DNA of 64,000 nucleotides from Dehalococcoidia bacterium (GCA_965197585.1 OZ240215.1:1056001-1120000); one strand, 5' to 3'. Shown: positions 35,989 through 46,516, counted from the stretch's first letter. Numbers and translations: made by a program. The notes: generated by a model from the letters alone, not told the origin.

Positions 35989-37932
35989 TTAGCGTACGTT
36001 GATCGTTGTTGCCACTGGGAAGTGATCAGATACTTGACTCTGGGTGGATGAGTATCCCGTTGACTCCAGGTCAGGGCTCGTCCACACATAGTCGATGCGC
36101 TGGTGTGGCCCGTCCGACGGGGAAGTGAACCCCTTGCCTTGGGTCCCTGAGTCTACGAAGGAGTCCAGAAGCCCGGTTTCCTCCAGCAGGGTAATTTCCG
36201 GGTCTCCCGGCCTGCCGTTGAGGTCGCCCAGGAATACGGTTCGAGATAACCCGTCCCACCTTTCGAATATCGCCTCCGACTGAGGTATCCGGTGTTCACC
36301 CTCGTCCCGTCCCGCGTGGAAGTGCGTGGCGATAATCCGCAGCGGCTCCTCGTCCCCGATGTCTATTTCCACCCAGAGGAACCCTCTGTCCAGGGACAGG
36401 TCGTCGTTGTTGGGCATCTCGTGGTTTTCTGAAAGGACGATAGGATAACGGCTGAACACCGCGTTGCCCCATACGGAATCGGCGGCGGGCCCCCAGGCGT
36501 AGTCCATGTCGAGCCGCTGGGAGAGCCATGTCAGGATGTCGACGGACCCGTCTACCAGCCAGCCCCGAGACACCTCCTGGAGAGCAACAATGTCGGGATT
36601 CTCAGCCTCGATCACCCGCGCTATCTCCTCTAGCTCGAAGCCGCCTTCAGTGCCGAATCCCTGGTGGATGTTGTAGGCCATCACCCTGACGGGAAGGCCG
36701 TCCCCAGCCTCGACCTCCGGCTCGGCCCATGTAATGGTCAGGATTAAGGGAGACAGCATTAGCAGGGCCGCCACCCGTCCTGCCCATATGAAAGGCGCCC
36801 GGGGCCTTTCCACCGACTTCCCCCAGGTCCCCACCCAGACCGTTACGCCAATGAATACCGCCGCCCCGATAATGATCGCCCGTTGAGGCACGCCGACGCT
36901 AATGTCGTAGGTGGCGTAGTAGAGGAAAACTGCGCCGAGAAAGATCAGCATCCCCACACCCGAGAAGACCGTGACCGACGTAAACCTCCTGCCTTGTAGT
37001 TCGGGGCCATTCCGGGAAGCCAGGGACGCCATCAGCAATACCAGCATTAGGTGCCCGACAGGCATGACGGTCGCGGCAAGGGCCCCGGTCTGTTCCGCCA
37101 GCAAACCGACTATCAGCACGACGGTCGCGGCCGGAACTAGGGTGAGTGCCAAGGGTCGGCGCAAACCCATGACTATGGCTGCCAAGGCGAGGCCCACCAG
37201 ATTGGACGCCACGATCAACGCCAGGACCCCGGGCTGGTCCCACCCGATTAGCGCCGTCTGCTGCCCGATGTTCTGAAAATAGAGCATCTCCAGGAATAGG
37301 AACGGGCCGATTGCCAGAAGGAGCAGGGAGCCACGATTACTCGGCGGTAGCGCCTTCTGGCCTCGGCTGCGCATTGAGATGATCTTCGCCGATCCTGTCA
37401 GCCCTCCCGCAAGAATTACCGCAATAACGTCGGCGCCCACATTGTTCTGCCATGATAGATCGACAGTGCCGAAGCCACCCTTGATTGCCGTGTCCAAGGC
37501 CACTCCGACCAGGAGCCCCAGCAACCACGTTCCGCCATCTATCCTCTTGCCGTTCGATACGAGGGAAGCGCTGGCGGGGATCGCCCACAGAAACAGTACC
37601 GCACCCGCAATCGACAACGCGAAGTCTACGACGGCTACGTCTACGAACTGGATGATGATTCGAGCTGCCCATAGTCCTGCGGCGCTTAACTGCAGCACTC
37701 CCCCGGGGCCCATGACCCGAGCCAGGACAGGCGCCAGGAACACCATCAGGAAGCATACAAAAGCCACTCCCCCAACCCCGACTGTCGAGACTTCCCGAGC
37801 CTCGCGCAGGTAGAAAAGCAGGCTCGACATGAACAGCCGCAGCATCTCGATGCCAACGGCAAAGAGTAGGGTGATGAAGATGAAATGCCAGATGCTGGAT
37901 CGGGCGCCGGTGTTCTTTTCTCCGGTGGTCAT
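35989..37932 (-). CDS. Polytopic membrane protein with C-terminal endonuclease/exonuclease/phosphatase (EEP) domain
   Basis: About 13 TM segments, then MAYNIH, LQE, THF, GDLN, RIDY and SDH motifs. Confidence 0.88.
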   Translation of the reverse strand: MTTGEKNTGARSSIWHFIFITLLFAVGIEMLRLFMSSLLFYLREAREVSTVGVGGVAFVCFLMVFLAPVLARVMGPGGVLQLSAAGLWAARIIIQFVDVAVVDFALSIAGAVLFLWAIPASASLVSNGKRIDGGTWLLGLLVGVALDTAIKGGFGTVDLSWQNNVGADVIAVILAGGLTGSAKIISMRSRGQKALPPSNRGSLLLLAIGPFLFLEMLYFQNIGQQTALIGWDQPGVLALIVASNLVGLALAAIVMGLRRPLALTLVPAATVVLIVGLLAEQTGALAATVMPVGHLMLVLLMASLASRNGPELQGRRFTSVTVFSGVGMLIFLGAVFLYYATYDISVGVPQRAIIIGAAVFIGVTVWVGTWGKSVERPRAPFIWAGRVAALLMLSPLILTITWAEPEVEAGDGLPVRVMAYNIHQGFGTEGGFELEEIARVIEAENPDIVALQEVSRGWLVDGSVDILTWLSQRLDMDYAWGPAADSVWGNAVFSRYPIVLSENHEMPNNDDLSLDRGFLWVEIDIGDEEPLRIIATHFHAGRDEGEHRIPQSEAIFERWDGLSRTVFLGDLNGRPGDPEITLLEETGLLDSFVDSGTQGKGFTSPSDGPHQRIDYVWTSPDLESTGYSSTQSQVSDHFPVATTINVR

Positions 37933-38405
37933 GGGTGAGCCTCCCCCATCAGCTGGTCCAGTCGTTCGTCGCTTATCCCGAAGAAGTGCCCGACCTCGTG
38001 GATTACCGTCTGTCTGACCTGCTCTTCTACTTCCTCGTCGGTCTCACAAATCGCTTCTATGGGCCTCTGGAAGATGAATATCCGGTCGGGTTGGACGCCC
38101 GTGTGGAAGACGCTGCGTTCCGTCAGAGGAATGCCGTCGTAGAGGCCGAGCAGCTCCAACGGATGGTCGAGCCCGACAGAATAGAGCTGCTCATCAGACG
38201 CGTAGTCTTTGACGACGCGTGCCACGTTGCCTTCGCCGAGGATCTCGGCAAACTCGGGCGGAAGGTCCGCCAGGGCCTTTTCAACCAACTCGTCAAACCG
38301 GCTATGCTCGATGATATCGCCTCCAGGGGTCGGGTCCGAGGCCATTATAAGCCGCGCCGACATGCAAAGCTCGGCATGAGTCGGGCTGTTGAGTGGTGGG
38401 GGCAC
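37929..38405 (-). CDS. Zincin-like minimal metallopeptidase (DUF1025)
   Basis: LLGLYDG, PDRIFIFQRP and HEVGHFFG motifs; true start probably downstream of 38405. Confidence 0.88.
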   Translation of the reverse strand: MPPPLNSPTHAELCMSARLIMASDPTPGGDIIEHSRFDELVEKALADLPPEFAEILGEGNVARVVKDYASDEQLYSVGLDHPLELLGLYDGIPLTERSVFHTGVQPDRIFIFQRPIEAICETDEEVEEQVRQTVIHEVGHFFGISDERLDQLMGEAHP

Positions 38406-38691
38406 TAGGCATTACACTGTATCGCCGACAGGCTACCTAACTAAGGAGAGCGACTACGACATTGTCGGCTTGACGGGGCTCTACGCGCACCAAATGTGGG
38501 CGCTCCCGGTTTTAAGTCGATTAAATCCGAACCACCGGCAAGATTGCCAGGTTAATGAACATCCAGCACAAGAAGTTTGCCGCCATAGTTTGCGCGATTC
38601 CAGCCACACCGTGCTCTATAGATGCAGCATATCCAAACTGGCCAACGTGCTGAACTTCCTGGCAGGCTAACCATGACCGCGGGAGAATTAC

Positions 38692-40392
38692 ATGACCATA
38701 GGCCACGAAATGATCGCCGACGTGCTCCAGGAAGCAGGCATAGAGTACGTTTTCGGCATACCCGGCGGAAGCACCGGCGCCATCTACGATTCTCTTTATA
38801 GCCGACCGGGTGTCAAGGCGATTCTCGCCCGGCACGAGCAGGGCGCTGCCATCATGGCCGACGCTTATGGCCGCGCCACGGGCCGACCCGCCGTGGTCAT
38901 GGGCCAGGGCCTCTTTATTGGCTCAAATGCATCCTTCGGCATCATGGAGGCCCAGCTAAGCAGCTCTCCCATGGTTGTCCTCACTGACACCTCGGACGGG
39001 GACATGGCCCAGCACCCTGCCAACCAGTCGGGGTCGGGCGAGTACGGCAGCATTGACCTGTTGGCCATCTTTCGCTCCATGTCCAAGTACACAACCCTTG
39101 CCACGACTCCCAAGGAGGCCGTAATAGGGCTTCAGCTGGCGATGAAGCATTCACTAAGCGGGAGGCCGGGGCCCGGGGTTGTGCTCATGCGCAGCCGAGC
39201 GCTTGTGGGAGAGGTGGACGTCGAGTCCCCACCCTTCATACACCCGACCCAGGGCTATCTGAACACCAAGCCCTCCGTAGCTCGCCCCGAGGACGTGGAG
39301 AGGACGGCATCCCTCCTCGCCGATTCCAAGTACCCGGTGATAGTCGCGGGCAACGGTGTCCACATGGCCAACGGTCATTCAGAGTTGCAGCGCCTCGCCG
39401 AGATGCTTGGCGCGGGTGTCGCCACCTCCTACAAGGGAAAGAGCACCCTCCCCGAGACCCATCCCCAGGCCCTCGGCATGGTGGGCCAGTACGGCCAGCA
39501 GGCCGCCAACACCGCGGTTGGTAGGGCTGACGTCGTGCTGGTGGTCGGGGCTAAGCTCTCCAGCCAGGAGACCGTCGGAGAGACACCGTCCCTTTTCAAC
39601 CCCAAGAGGCAGACTATCATCCAGATCGACGTTGAGGAACGTAACGCCGGCTGGTCCTTCCCAATTGATATTGGACTGATCGGGGACGCCAAAGAAGTAA
39701 TGGCCCAGCTCATTGAGGCCCTTGACGGCAGCGACAAAGACACCAGCGAGAGAGTCAAAGGCCTCGCCGCGCTGAAAAAGCATGCCTCCTACTACAACGA
39801 TCCTGAACTTTTCATGGACTCCTTTCCCGTTATGCCCCAACGCCTTGTTCGGCTGCTGCAGGAGACCCTGGACCCCTCGACAATTATCAGCTTGGACGCG
39901 GGCAACAACAGGGTCTGGATGTGTCACCACTTCCAGTCTCAGGGAGCCAAGACCATATACGCTCCCGGCGGTATGGCGGGGATGGGGTGGAGCCTGCCTG
40001 CGGCCCTCGCGCTCAAGCTCGTCCATCCCGACCGACCCGTAGTCGGGGTCACGGGGGACGGGGGCTTCATGATGTCCGTCCACGCACTTTCGACCGCCGT
40101 CCAGTACAATCTTCCCGTGGTCTACGTGGTGCTGAACGACTCCTCGTTGGGTATGGTGAGGCACCACCAGGGCGAAAAGAGCATCTCATCGGAGTTTGCA
40201 AAAACTGATCACGGGGCCATATGCCGCTCGATGGGTGGCTACGGCGTCCAGGTCAGCGATTCCAGGGAGGTGCCGGACGCGTTGAGAGAGGCTTTTGCCT
40301 CGGGAAAACCCGCCGTCGTGGACGTGCTCATCGACCGACGCCCCAACCCCGACGACTTCCGTGCCACCGCGCGGAGGTTGACGGATACATAG
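38692..40392 (+). CDS. Thiamine-pyrophosphate-binding protein (acetolactate synthase large subunit-like)
   Basis: FGIPGG, RHEQGA and GDGGF...LND TPP motifs. Confidence 0.9.
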   Translation: MTIGHEMIADVLQEAGIEYVFGIPGGSTGAIYDSLYSRPGVKAILARHEQGAAIMADAYGRATGRPAVVMGQGLFIGSNASFGIMEAQLSSSPMVVLTDTSDGDMAQHPANQSGSGEYGSIDLLAIFRSMSKYTTLATTPKEAVIGLQLAMKHSLSGRPGPGVVLMRSRALVGEVDVESPPFIHPTQGYLNTKPSVARPEDVERTASLLADSKYPVIVAGNGVHMANGHSELQRLAEMLGAGVATSYKGKSTLPETHPQALGMVGQYGQQAANTAVGRADVVLVVGAKLSSQETVGETPSLFNPKRQTIIQIDVEERNAGWSFPIDIGLIGDAKEVMAQLIEALDGSDKDTSERVKGLAALKKHASYYNDPELFMDSFPVMPQRLVRLLQETLDPSTIISLDAGNNRVWMCHHFQSQGAKTIYAPGGMAGMGWSLPAALALKLVHPDRPVVGVTGDGGFMMSVHALSTAVQYNLPVVYVVLNDSSLGMVRHHQGEKSISSEFAKTDHGAICRSMGGYGVQVSDSREVPDALREAFASGKPAVVDVLIDRRPNPDDFRATARRLTDT

Positions 40393-40456
40393 AGTATCTA
40401 AGCCCACCATGCACCTAAAAGATTGAGGGTGTATTGTTTCAGAAAATATATGAGAG

Positions 40457-40768
40457 GTGGCAATCATGGGAGACAACGGTAGCACAACCTACAAATACGG
40501 AGATGAAGAGTTTCAGATTGTCAGGATTGACAGACTTTCGTTACTTGTCAAAGACAAAGAAAACATCGTTACAATCAAGGTTGATAGAACTGAAAACTAT
40601 GACGTCCGCCGAGAGGACGGCTGGGGAGCCTGGCATACAAGCTTGGACGAAGCATTGCGGTACGCGTGTCGCCTTCTAGTGGGAGCTCGCAACCAGCTAT
40701 CCAAAGACCAGCGAGTTGGCGAAATCGACAAGTTATTCAATGAGGTTTTAAGCAAGGAGAGGCACTGA
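40457..40768 (+). CDS. Hypothetical protein
   Basis: AT-richer ORF with an RBS-like GAGAGG (ATG 40466 is the likely start); TGATG coupling to the next ORF. Confidence 0.6.
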   Translation: MAIMGDNGSTTYKYGDEEFQIVRIDRLSLLVKDKENIVTIKVDRTENYDVRREDGWGAWHTSLDEALRYACRLLVGARNQLSKDQRVGEIDKLFNEVLSKERH

Positions 40769-40965
40769 TGCCTGAAGTCCCAACCTTAATCACGACTGAA
40801 GGGCCTCGCTTCATCACCATGGAAGAAGCCAAGGAACTCTTTGCAACTAAAGTTGATCTTGCCAACATGGAAACTCGAATTATCAAGTGGACGGCAGGCA
40901 TGATGATAGGTGGCATAGCAGTTGCAGCCGCTGTTGTGTCGGTATTGATCAAACTCCTAGACTAA
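40768..40965 (+). CDS. Small coiled-coil/TM protein (DUF1640/CCDC90-like)
   Basis: ATKVDLANMETRIIKW followed by a hydrophobic C-terminus; AGGAGAGG RBS. Confidence 0.65.
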   Translation: MPEVPTLITTEGPRFITMEEAKELFATKVDLANMETRIIKWTAGMMIGGIAVAAAVVSVLIKLLD

Positions 40966-41006
40966 CTGACGAGACACCCACTAACGCCCTACAAGTTGCA
41001 CAAATC

Positions 41007-42548
41007 ATGAACAACGATTTCGACGTAATAATCATCGGTGGGGGCCACAATGGCCTCGTAGCCTCAGCTTACATGGCCAAGGCAGGAATGAGCGTGTTGG
41101 TTCTTGAACGCCGACACCTGGTCGGTGGCGCCTGCGTAACCGAGGAGCTTATCCCCGGCTTCCAGTTCTCTTCATGTGCCTACCTCTCGTGGCTCCTTCA
41201 GCCCAAGGTCGTCAAGGACCTGGAGCTTCACAAGCATGGTCTCGAGTTGTACAGGCTCGACCCCCATTCCGCCCGGCCCTTCCCGGACGGGAGCGGCATG
41301 CTGTTCTGGGACGACGAGGAGCGGACTAAAGAGTCTGTCGGCAGAATCAGCCCGGAAGATGTCGAAGGGTACACGGCGTGGTCGGAGTTCTGGGACAAAG
41401 CAGCCGAAATCATGCAGCCGTACATGCTCCAGCCGCCGCCCACCATGGAAGAAGTCGTGGAGCGTGTACGAGGCACCGAGCACGAGGATGTCCTCAATAC
41501 CCTTGTCACGGTCAGTATGGGCGAGCTTCTGGACCGCTATTTCGAGTCCGAGAAGATCAAGTCCTGCATGGTCTACTCCCCCGACCCCAGAGGCCTATGG
41601 GTCGTCGGCAACGCTCTTCCGTCCGCGTACTACGCCTGCAACCGCTACGTGGACCCTGCGGACACCGGACTGCCGAGAGGCGGAATGGGCGGCCTCACCC
41701 GTGCGATGGCTGCTTCAGCACGTTCCAGTGGGGTCTCCATATGGACCTCGGCCAAGGTAAAGAAGGTGATCATTAGGGAAGGCAAGGCTATAGGTGTAGA
41801 ACTCGAGGACGGGGAGCAGATCGAAAGCGCGATAGTAGTTTCCAACGCCGACCCCTTCCAAACTTTCCGCCACCTGGTCGGCCTCGAAAATCTTGATTCC
41901 GCCTTCTCAGATGCTCTGTCCAAGGCCAAGACCAACTTGACCCACCTGAAATTCCACTGTGCGCTGCGGGAAGCCCCCGACTTCTCCCGCCACTTCCCTG
42001 ACCAGGAGTCGAACAAATACATGGGTATGATGGACATATGCCCATCCCCTGAATACTTCCAGAACAGCTGCCGGGACACCGCAGAAGGCCGCTTCACCGA
42101 TTCTCCCATTCTGGAGTTTCAAGTTCCTACTGTACTCGACGACTCCCTTGCACCGAATGGCAATCACATACTCTCGGCCTTCATCTTACACGCCCCCCGT
42201 GTGTTGGCCTCCGGGTCCTGGGACGACGCCCGTGAAGAGACCGCCGAGAAGCTCATCAATAAGATCACCGAGTACGCTCCCAACTTCCGGGATTCCGTCA
42301 TCGACTGGCGGCTGATCACCCCTGAGGACATGGAGAGCAGGGTCGGGCTGACAAACGGCAACATCCATCACCTGGACCTGGTGGATTCCCAAATGCTCTC
42401 CAACCGCCCCCTTCCCGGCTGGTCCGACTACCGGACGCCGATAGAGGGGCTATATCTCTGCGGGGCCGGGACCCATCCGGGCGGTGAAGTCACGGGGGCC
42501 CCAGGGCACAACGCGGCCCACCAGGTTATAAAAGACTGGGCCTCCTGA
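41007..42548 (+). CDS. Phytoene dehydrogenase-like FAD oxidoreductase
   Basis: IIGGGHNGL, LERR..VGGA, GGMG and LYLCGAGTHPGG motifs; start set at ATG 41007. Confidence 0.9.
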   Translation: MNNDFDVIIIGGGHNGLVASAYMAKAGMSVLVLERRHLVGGACVTEELIPGFQFSSCAYLSWLLQPKVVKDLELHKHGLELYRLDPHSARPFPDGSGMLFWDDEERTKESVGRISPEDVEGYTAWSEFWDKAAEIMQPYMLQPPPTMEEVVERVRGTEHEDVLNTLVTVSMGELLDRYFESEKIKSCMVYSPDPRGLWVVGNALPSAYYACNRYVDPADTGLPRGGMGGLTRAMAASARSSGVSIWTSAKVKKVIIREGKAIGVELEDGEQIESAIVVSNADPFQTFRHLVGLENLDSAFSDALSKAKTNLTHLKFHCALREAPDFSRHFPDQESNKYMGMMDICPSPEYFQNSCRDTAEGRFTDSPILEFQVPTVLDDSLAPNGNHILSAFILHAPRVLASGSWDDAREETAEKLINKITEYAPNFRDSVIDWRLITPEDMESRVGLTNGNIHHLDLVDSQMLSNRPLPGWSDYRTPIEGLYLCGAGTHPGGEVTGAPGHNAAHQVIKDWAS

Positions 42549-42588
42549 CCGGGGCCGGACAATTCTGATGAAACGGAGACCTAGTTAG

Positions 42589-43719
42589 ATGGCCAGAAAC
42601 GGGTTCAAAGTGTTGGACAGCGACATGCACGTCATGGAACCGTCAGACCTGTGGCAGACCTACACCGATCCCAAATTCCGAGACCGCGCACCAGTGTTTC
42701 GCGGCGTGGAAACGAGCCACGGGTTCACCAACAAGTGGATAGTCGAAGGCAGGATTTTCCCCGCCCATTCCGACAGGAAACCTCGGACAGAGGTGCTCTC
42801 CGGTCGGCATGAGGCGATAACCGACAGGTTCGCCAAGGCCCGTGCCGCCAAGTTCGACAACGTCACCCAGTTGGAAGCCCTCAAGGTTGAAGGAATCGAC
42901 ATAGCCGTGCTGTTCCGCACATTCGGGGCCCACGTCATTGCTCTCGACGGCCTGGACCCCGACCTTGCTCTCGCCATCTGCGCCGCCTTCAACGACTGGC
43001 TGCATGACTTCTGCTCCGCCGACCCGTCTCGACTCAAAAGCGCCGCCCAGATGCCCATGCACGACGTCGAGAAGGCCACTCAGGAGGCCCGGCGCGCCGT
43101 GAAGGAGCTGGGCATGGTGGCACTCGTTCTACCCTCAAATCCTGTAAATGACCGGCCCTGGTACGACCCCTATTACGACCCGTTCTGGCAAGAGGCAGAA
43201 TCATTGGGAGTACCGGTCTGCTTTCACGGGATACAAGGAGCCTACCAACAGCATATCGGGACCCGGTTCCTGGATTCCTTCGTCATAGCCCACGCTGCCA
43301 CACACCCTATGGAGTTGATGATGGACGTCGGCAGCATGATCGGTGGAGGTGTTCTTGAGCGATTCCCGACCCTCAAGGCCGGGTTCCTTGAAGGCAATTG
43401 TAGCTGGCTTCCCTGGTGGCTCTGGCGGCTCGACGAGGAGTGGGAGACCTTCGGCCCGTGGGAGAGGACAAAGCTAGAGGGCCCACCCTCCGACTACTTC
43501 CGCCGCCAGGGCTTCATCTCCGTCGACGTGGACGAGTTCATGGTCAAGAACGTCATCGAAACCGTCGGGGACGACAATATTGTCCTCTCCACCGACTACC
43601 CTCACCACGACTCCAAGTACCCCGACGCCCTGGCCACATTCCTGGAGATGGACGTCGTACCAGAGCCTTCGAGGAAGAAAATACTCTGGGACAACTGCGC
43701 CAGGCTCTACGGCATATAA
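42589..43719 (+). CDS. Amidohydrolase_2 family (decarboxylase/hydratase-like)
   Basis: DSDMHVME, FNDW, FH, FLEG and STDYPH motifs. Confidence 0.9.
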   Translation: MARNGFKVLDSDMHVMEPSDLWQTYTDPKFRDRAPVFRGVETSHGFTNKWIVEGRIFPAHSDRKPRTEVLSGRHEAITDRFAKARAAKFDNVTQLEALKVEGIDIAVLFRTFGAHVIALDGLDPDLALAICAAFNDWLHDFCSADPSRLKSAAQMPMHDVEKATQEARRAVKELGMVALVLPSNPVNDRPWYDPYYDPFWQEAESLGVPVCFHGIQGAYQQHIGTRFLDSFVIAHAATHPMELMMDVGSMIGGGVLERFPTLKAGFLEGNCSWLPWWLWRLDEEWETFGPWERTKLEGPPSDYFRRQGFISVDVDEFMVKNVIETVGDDNIVLSTDYPHHDSKYPDALATFLEMDVVPEPSRKKILWDNCARLYGI

Positions 43720-43766
43720 ACGTTTTACATAAGCACACCGAATCATTAACATAAAGAAAGGCATAC

Positions 43767-44924
43767 ATGGACGTTATCAAGATCAGGTCGCAAATTCCCG
43801 TCTGTAGCAACCTTATCTACCTGAACACCGGTTGGTCGGGACCGTCTCCCGAGCCGGTCCTCGACGCCATCAAGGCGAGGATCGACTACGAGTCGGCGGA
43901 AGGGCCGGTCAGCAAGCCGGTTCTTGAGTCGGGCCACGAAATCGAGGACGGCACACGGCAGGCCGTGGCTAGCCTTCTGAACGTTGCCCCGGACGAGCTT
44001 GCCCTGACCCAGAACACCACCGAGGGCCTGAACATGGTGATGGCCGGCTTCCCCTGGCAGGAAGGCGACGAGATCATCACCTTCGACATTGAGCACCTGT
44101 CCGTAATGATCCCCTGTCTGTACGCCGAGAAAAGGCACGGGGTCAAGGTTCGGGTCGTCGAGCTAGGCACCAACGACGAATGGGACACCATCCTTAGCAA
44201 AGTCGAGGCGCAGATGAATCCCCGAACTCGGATGATCGCCTTCAGCCACATCCAGTTTTCCTGTGGCCTGCGCATGCCTCTGGAGGGAATCCGATCCCTG
44301 ACCAAGGACAAGGGGATCTACATGCTGGTGGACGGGGCCCAGACCCCCGGACACATAGCGCTGGACCTTTCGGGGGTGGGCGTGGACTTCTACTCGACCC
44401 CCGGCCACAAGTGGATACTCGGGCCGGAGGGCACGGGTGCTCTGTTCATCAGGCGAGACCACATCGAGATGATCAACCCCTCCTACGTCGGCCACAGCGC
44501 CGTCGACACGGAGAAAAAGCCCCTCGAATTCGATCTTTCCGGGATGAACAAGTTCAAGGTGAGCACCACCAGCGCAGCTCTCGCCGCGGGATACGGAGCC
44601 GCCATCGGCTTCATCAACGATGCCGGCCCCGCGGACATTGAGGCCCGTAACATCGCCCTGTCCAGCTACTTGAAAGCTAAACTGCTGGAGCGTGGCGGCT
44701 ACGATGTTCTCTCGCCGCTGGAAGGCCCGGGCCTCTGCGGTCTCACTTCCTTCCGCGCCGAGGGCGCGACATCCCAGGAAATAGTAGATCGGTTGTGGGA
44801 AGACCACAGGATCGTGGCCCGCTCGGTGGGCGGGGTAGACTGTGTCCGAATCTCATCCGACTTCTACAACACGGAAGAGGAGCTCGACCGGTTCATGGAG
44901 GCACTTTCAGCTATCGTAGCCTAG
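43767..44924 (+). CDS. Class V PLP aminotransferase (C-S lyase/CefD/EgtE-like)
   Basis: YLNTG, NTTEG, EH, DGAQ, GHKW (PLP Lys), RIS..FYN; no SufS-type RxGxHC loop. Confidence 0.88.
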   Translation: MDVIKIRSQIPVCSNLIYLNTGWSGPSPEPVLDAIKARIDYESAEGPVSKPVLESGHEIEDGTRQAVASLLNVAPDELALTQNTTEGLNMVMAGFPWQEGDEIITFDIEHLSVMIPCLYAEKRHGVKVRVVELGTNDEWDTILSKVEAQMNPRTRMIAFSHIQFSCGLRMPLEGIRSLTKDKGIYMLVDGAQTPGHIALDLSGVGVDFYSTPGHKWILGPEGTGALFIRRDHIEMINPSYVGHSAVDTEKKPLEFDLSGMNKFKVSTTSAALAAGYGAAIGFINDAGPADIEARNIALSSYLKAKLLERGGYDVLSPLEGPGLCGLTSFRAEGATSQEIVDRLWEDHRIVARSVGGVDCVRISSDFYNTEEELDRFMEALSAIVA

Positions 44925-46186
44925 GCTGTCAGCCTGCGCTCGACCAACCGGCCCCGCTTGAATACGGCAGCCACGTCCGCCAAGGCGGATGGATTCTTGG
45001 TGGGGTCGCCGTTCGCCACCAGGATGTCTGCCTGCTTCCCTGCCTCCAGGGTCCCGACTCTGTCGGAGACTCTGAGAGCCCTTGCCGCTTCGCTGGTTCC
45101 CGACATCAGGGCTTCCATAGGGGTCAGCCCAGCCTTGGCTAAAGCCTCGATTTCCCGGGAAAAGTAACCGAACGGATATGCGCCCCAGCCGCAGTCGGAA
45201 CCGGCCACGAACTTGGCCCCCATTTCCCGTAGGCGGCTGCACTCGTCTATGCGTTCCTGCACGGCTCGCTCGCCCTTGGCCACTTCCTGCTTGTCCTCGT
45301 CGGTGAGTTCCTGGGCCTCGGCTTTCTCCTGCAGCAGCCTGAGCCTCGACTGCCACATAGCGAGAGTTGGGTTGTTCCGCACACCCTTCGATACCAGCCT
45401 CTCAGCCAACTCTTCATTGAATTGGTAGCTCTCGTCGGGAGCGGCGAATACGCAGTGTGCGATCATGGAAAACCCTGCGTCAACGGCCATCTCTATCCCC
45501 GCTGAGCATCGCGCATGTCCAAAGGTGGGTACGCTCTTCTCTCTCGCTGCGCCCGTGATGGCTTCCAGCTCTTCCAAACGGAAAGCTGCGGCGTAGGGCC
45601 GGGTCCCGAGGGTGCTGCCTCCGGTGGTCATTGCCTTCAGGAAATCGGCGCCCGCGTCCAGGTGCTCCTGGGCCTTGGCCCGCGCCTCCTCGGGCCCCGA
45701 GACCTCGGAGCCCATGAACCAGCAGTGCCCCCTGTGGATGGTGATGGGGTTGCCGCAGGCCAGCACGTCCGCCCCTATTACCGTTCCCTTCTCCAATTCA
45801 GCCTTCAAACGAAAGCCGAGATCATTCCACGCCCCGAGGTCGCACACGGTAGTGACCCCGGTTTCCAGGGCTATGCGTACGTTCCTGAATGAGCGGGTCA
45901 GGCGAATTTCGTCGTCATCCTCGGCGTTGACGTCTTCGCCCTTGCGGCTGTTGCCGGGCATGTTGGTGTGGGTATGGCAGTCTATCAGCCCGGGAACGAT
46001 TGACGCTCCGGGGTATTCGAGCACGGGCCCCGTGCCCCCGTCTCGGGCCTGGGCTTTCGGAATTACCCCTTTGATCAGCCCATCTTCAAGAACGAGGGCC
46101 GACCCCTCGTCCACATCCCCTCCCAGGCCGTCGATGATCCTGTCCGCTATAAGTATTGATGTCCCAGATCCGTCATGTTCAGGCAA
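44921..46186 (-). CDS. Amidohydrolase family (prolidase-like)
   Basis: PGLIDCHTH, KAMTTGG, GHA, AHC, GSDCG and GTLEAGKQAD motifs. Confidence 0.9.
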   Translation of the reverse strand: MPEHDGSGTSILIADRIIDGLGGDVDEGSALVLEDGLIKGVIPKAQARDGGTGPVLEYPGASIVPGLIDCHTHTNMPGNSRKGEDVNAEDDDEIRLTRSFRNVRIALETGVTTVCDLGAWNDLGFRLKAELEKGTVIGADVLACGNPITIHRGHCWFMGSEVSGPEEARAKAQEHLDAGADFLKAMTTGGSTLGTRPYAAAFRLEELEAITGAAREKSVPTFGHARCSAGIEMAVDAGFSMIAHCVFAAPDESYQFNEELAERLVSKGVRNNPTLAMWQSRLRLLQEKAEAQELTDEDKQEVAKGERAVQERIDECSRLREMGAKFVAGSDCGWGAYPFGYFSREIEALAKAGLTPMEALMSGTSEAARALRVSDRVGTLEAGKQADILVANGDPTKNPSALADVAAVFKRGRLVERRLTA

Positions 46187-46218
46187 TAGGTGCTCCCTTC
46201 GGAGAATTCTGCTGGGCG

Positions 46219-46377
46219 CTAGTCCTGCTCATTCTGCATTTGCCGGTTCTTTGCAGCGTTCATTTGCCACTGCCGATCCTGGAGCCATAGTATCACCACG
46301 GCTGTGGCAGCCACCCCGACAACCGATAGCGTAATGAACCCAATAGAGGCCAAGAAATATAAGATCAATCTGCCCAT
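46219..46377 (-). CDS. Small single-TM protein (52 aa)
   Basis: MGRLILYFLASIGFITLSVVGVAATAVVILWLQDRQWQMNAAKNRQMQNEQD*; strong GGGAGGT RBS. Not in the ORF track. Confidence 0.6.
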   Translation of the reverse strand: MGRLILYFLASIGFITLSVVGVAATAVVILWLQDRQWQMNAAKNRQMQNEQD

Positions 46378-46441
46378 GCTATTACCTCCCGGAAACCCCG
46401 CGGCATCGGGGCCTATTGCGGCATCCCGGCCGTTGAAATGA

Positions 46442-46516
46442 TGGTCGGGGTGGCCGGATTTGAACCGGCGACCTCATGGTCCCAAACCATGCGCGCTACC
46501 CCTGCGCTACACCCCG
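46442..46516 (-). tRNA. tRNA-Pro(UGG)
   Basis: CGGGGTG acceptor stem, anticodon arm CATGG-TTTGGGA-CCATG, GGTTCAAATCC T-arm, encoded CCA. Confidence 0.95.

Noticed and set aside
38405-38692. TPP riboswitch or small ORF upstream of the TPP enzyme
   Set aside because: Some hairpins are present (GCCGACA/TGTCGGC), but no CTGAGA or other TPP consensus, and the listed ORFs there lack convincing features.
43767-44924. Selenocysteine lyase/SufS serving the selenoprotein
   Set aside because: It lacks the RxGxHC persulfide loop and lies 17 kb away among unrelated catabolic genes.
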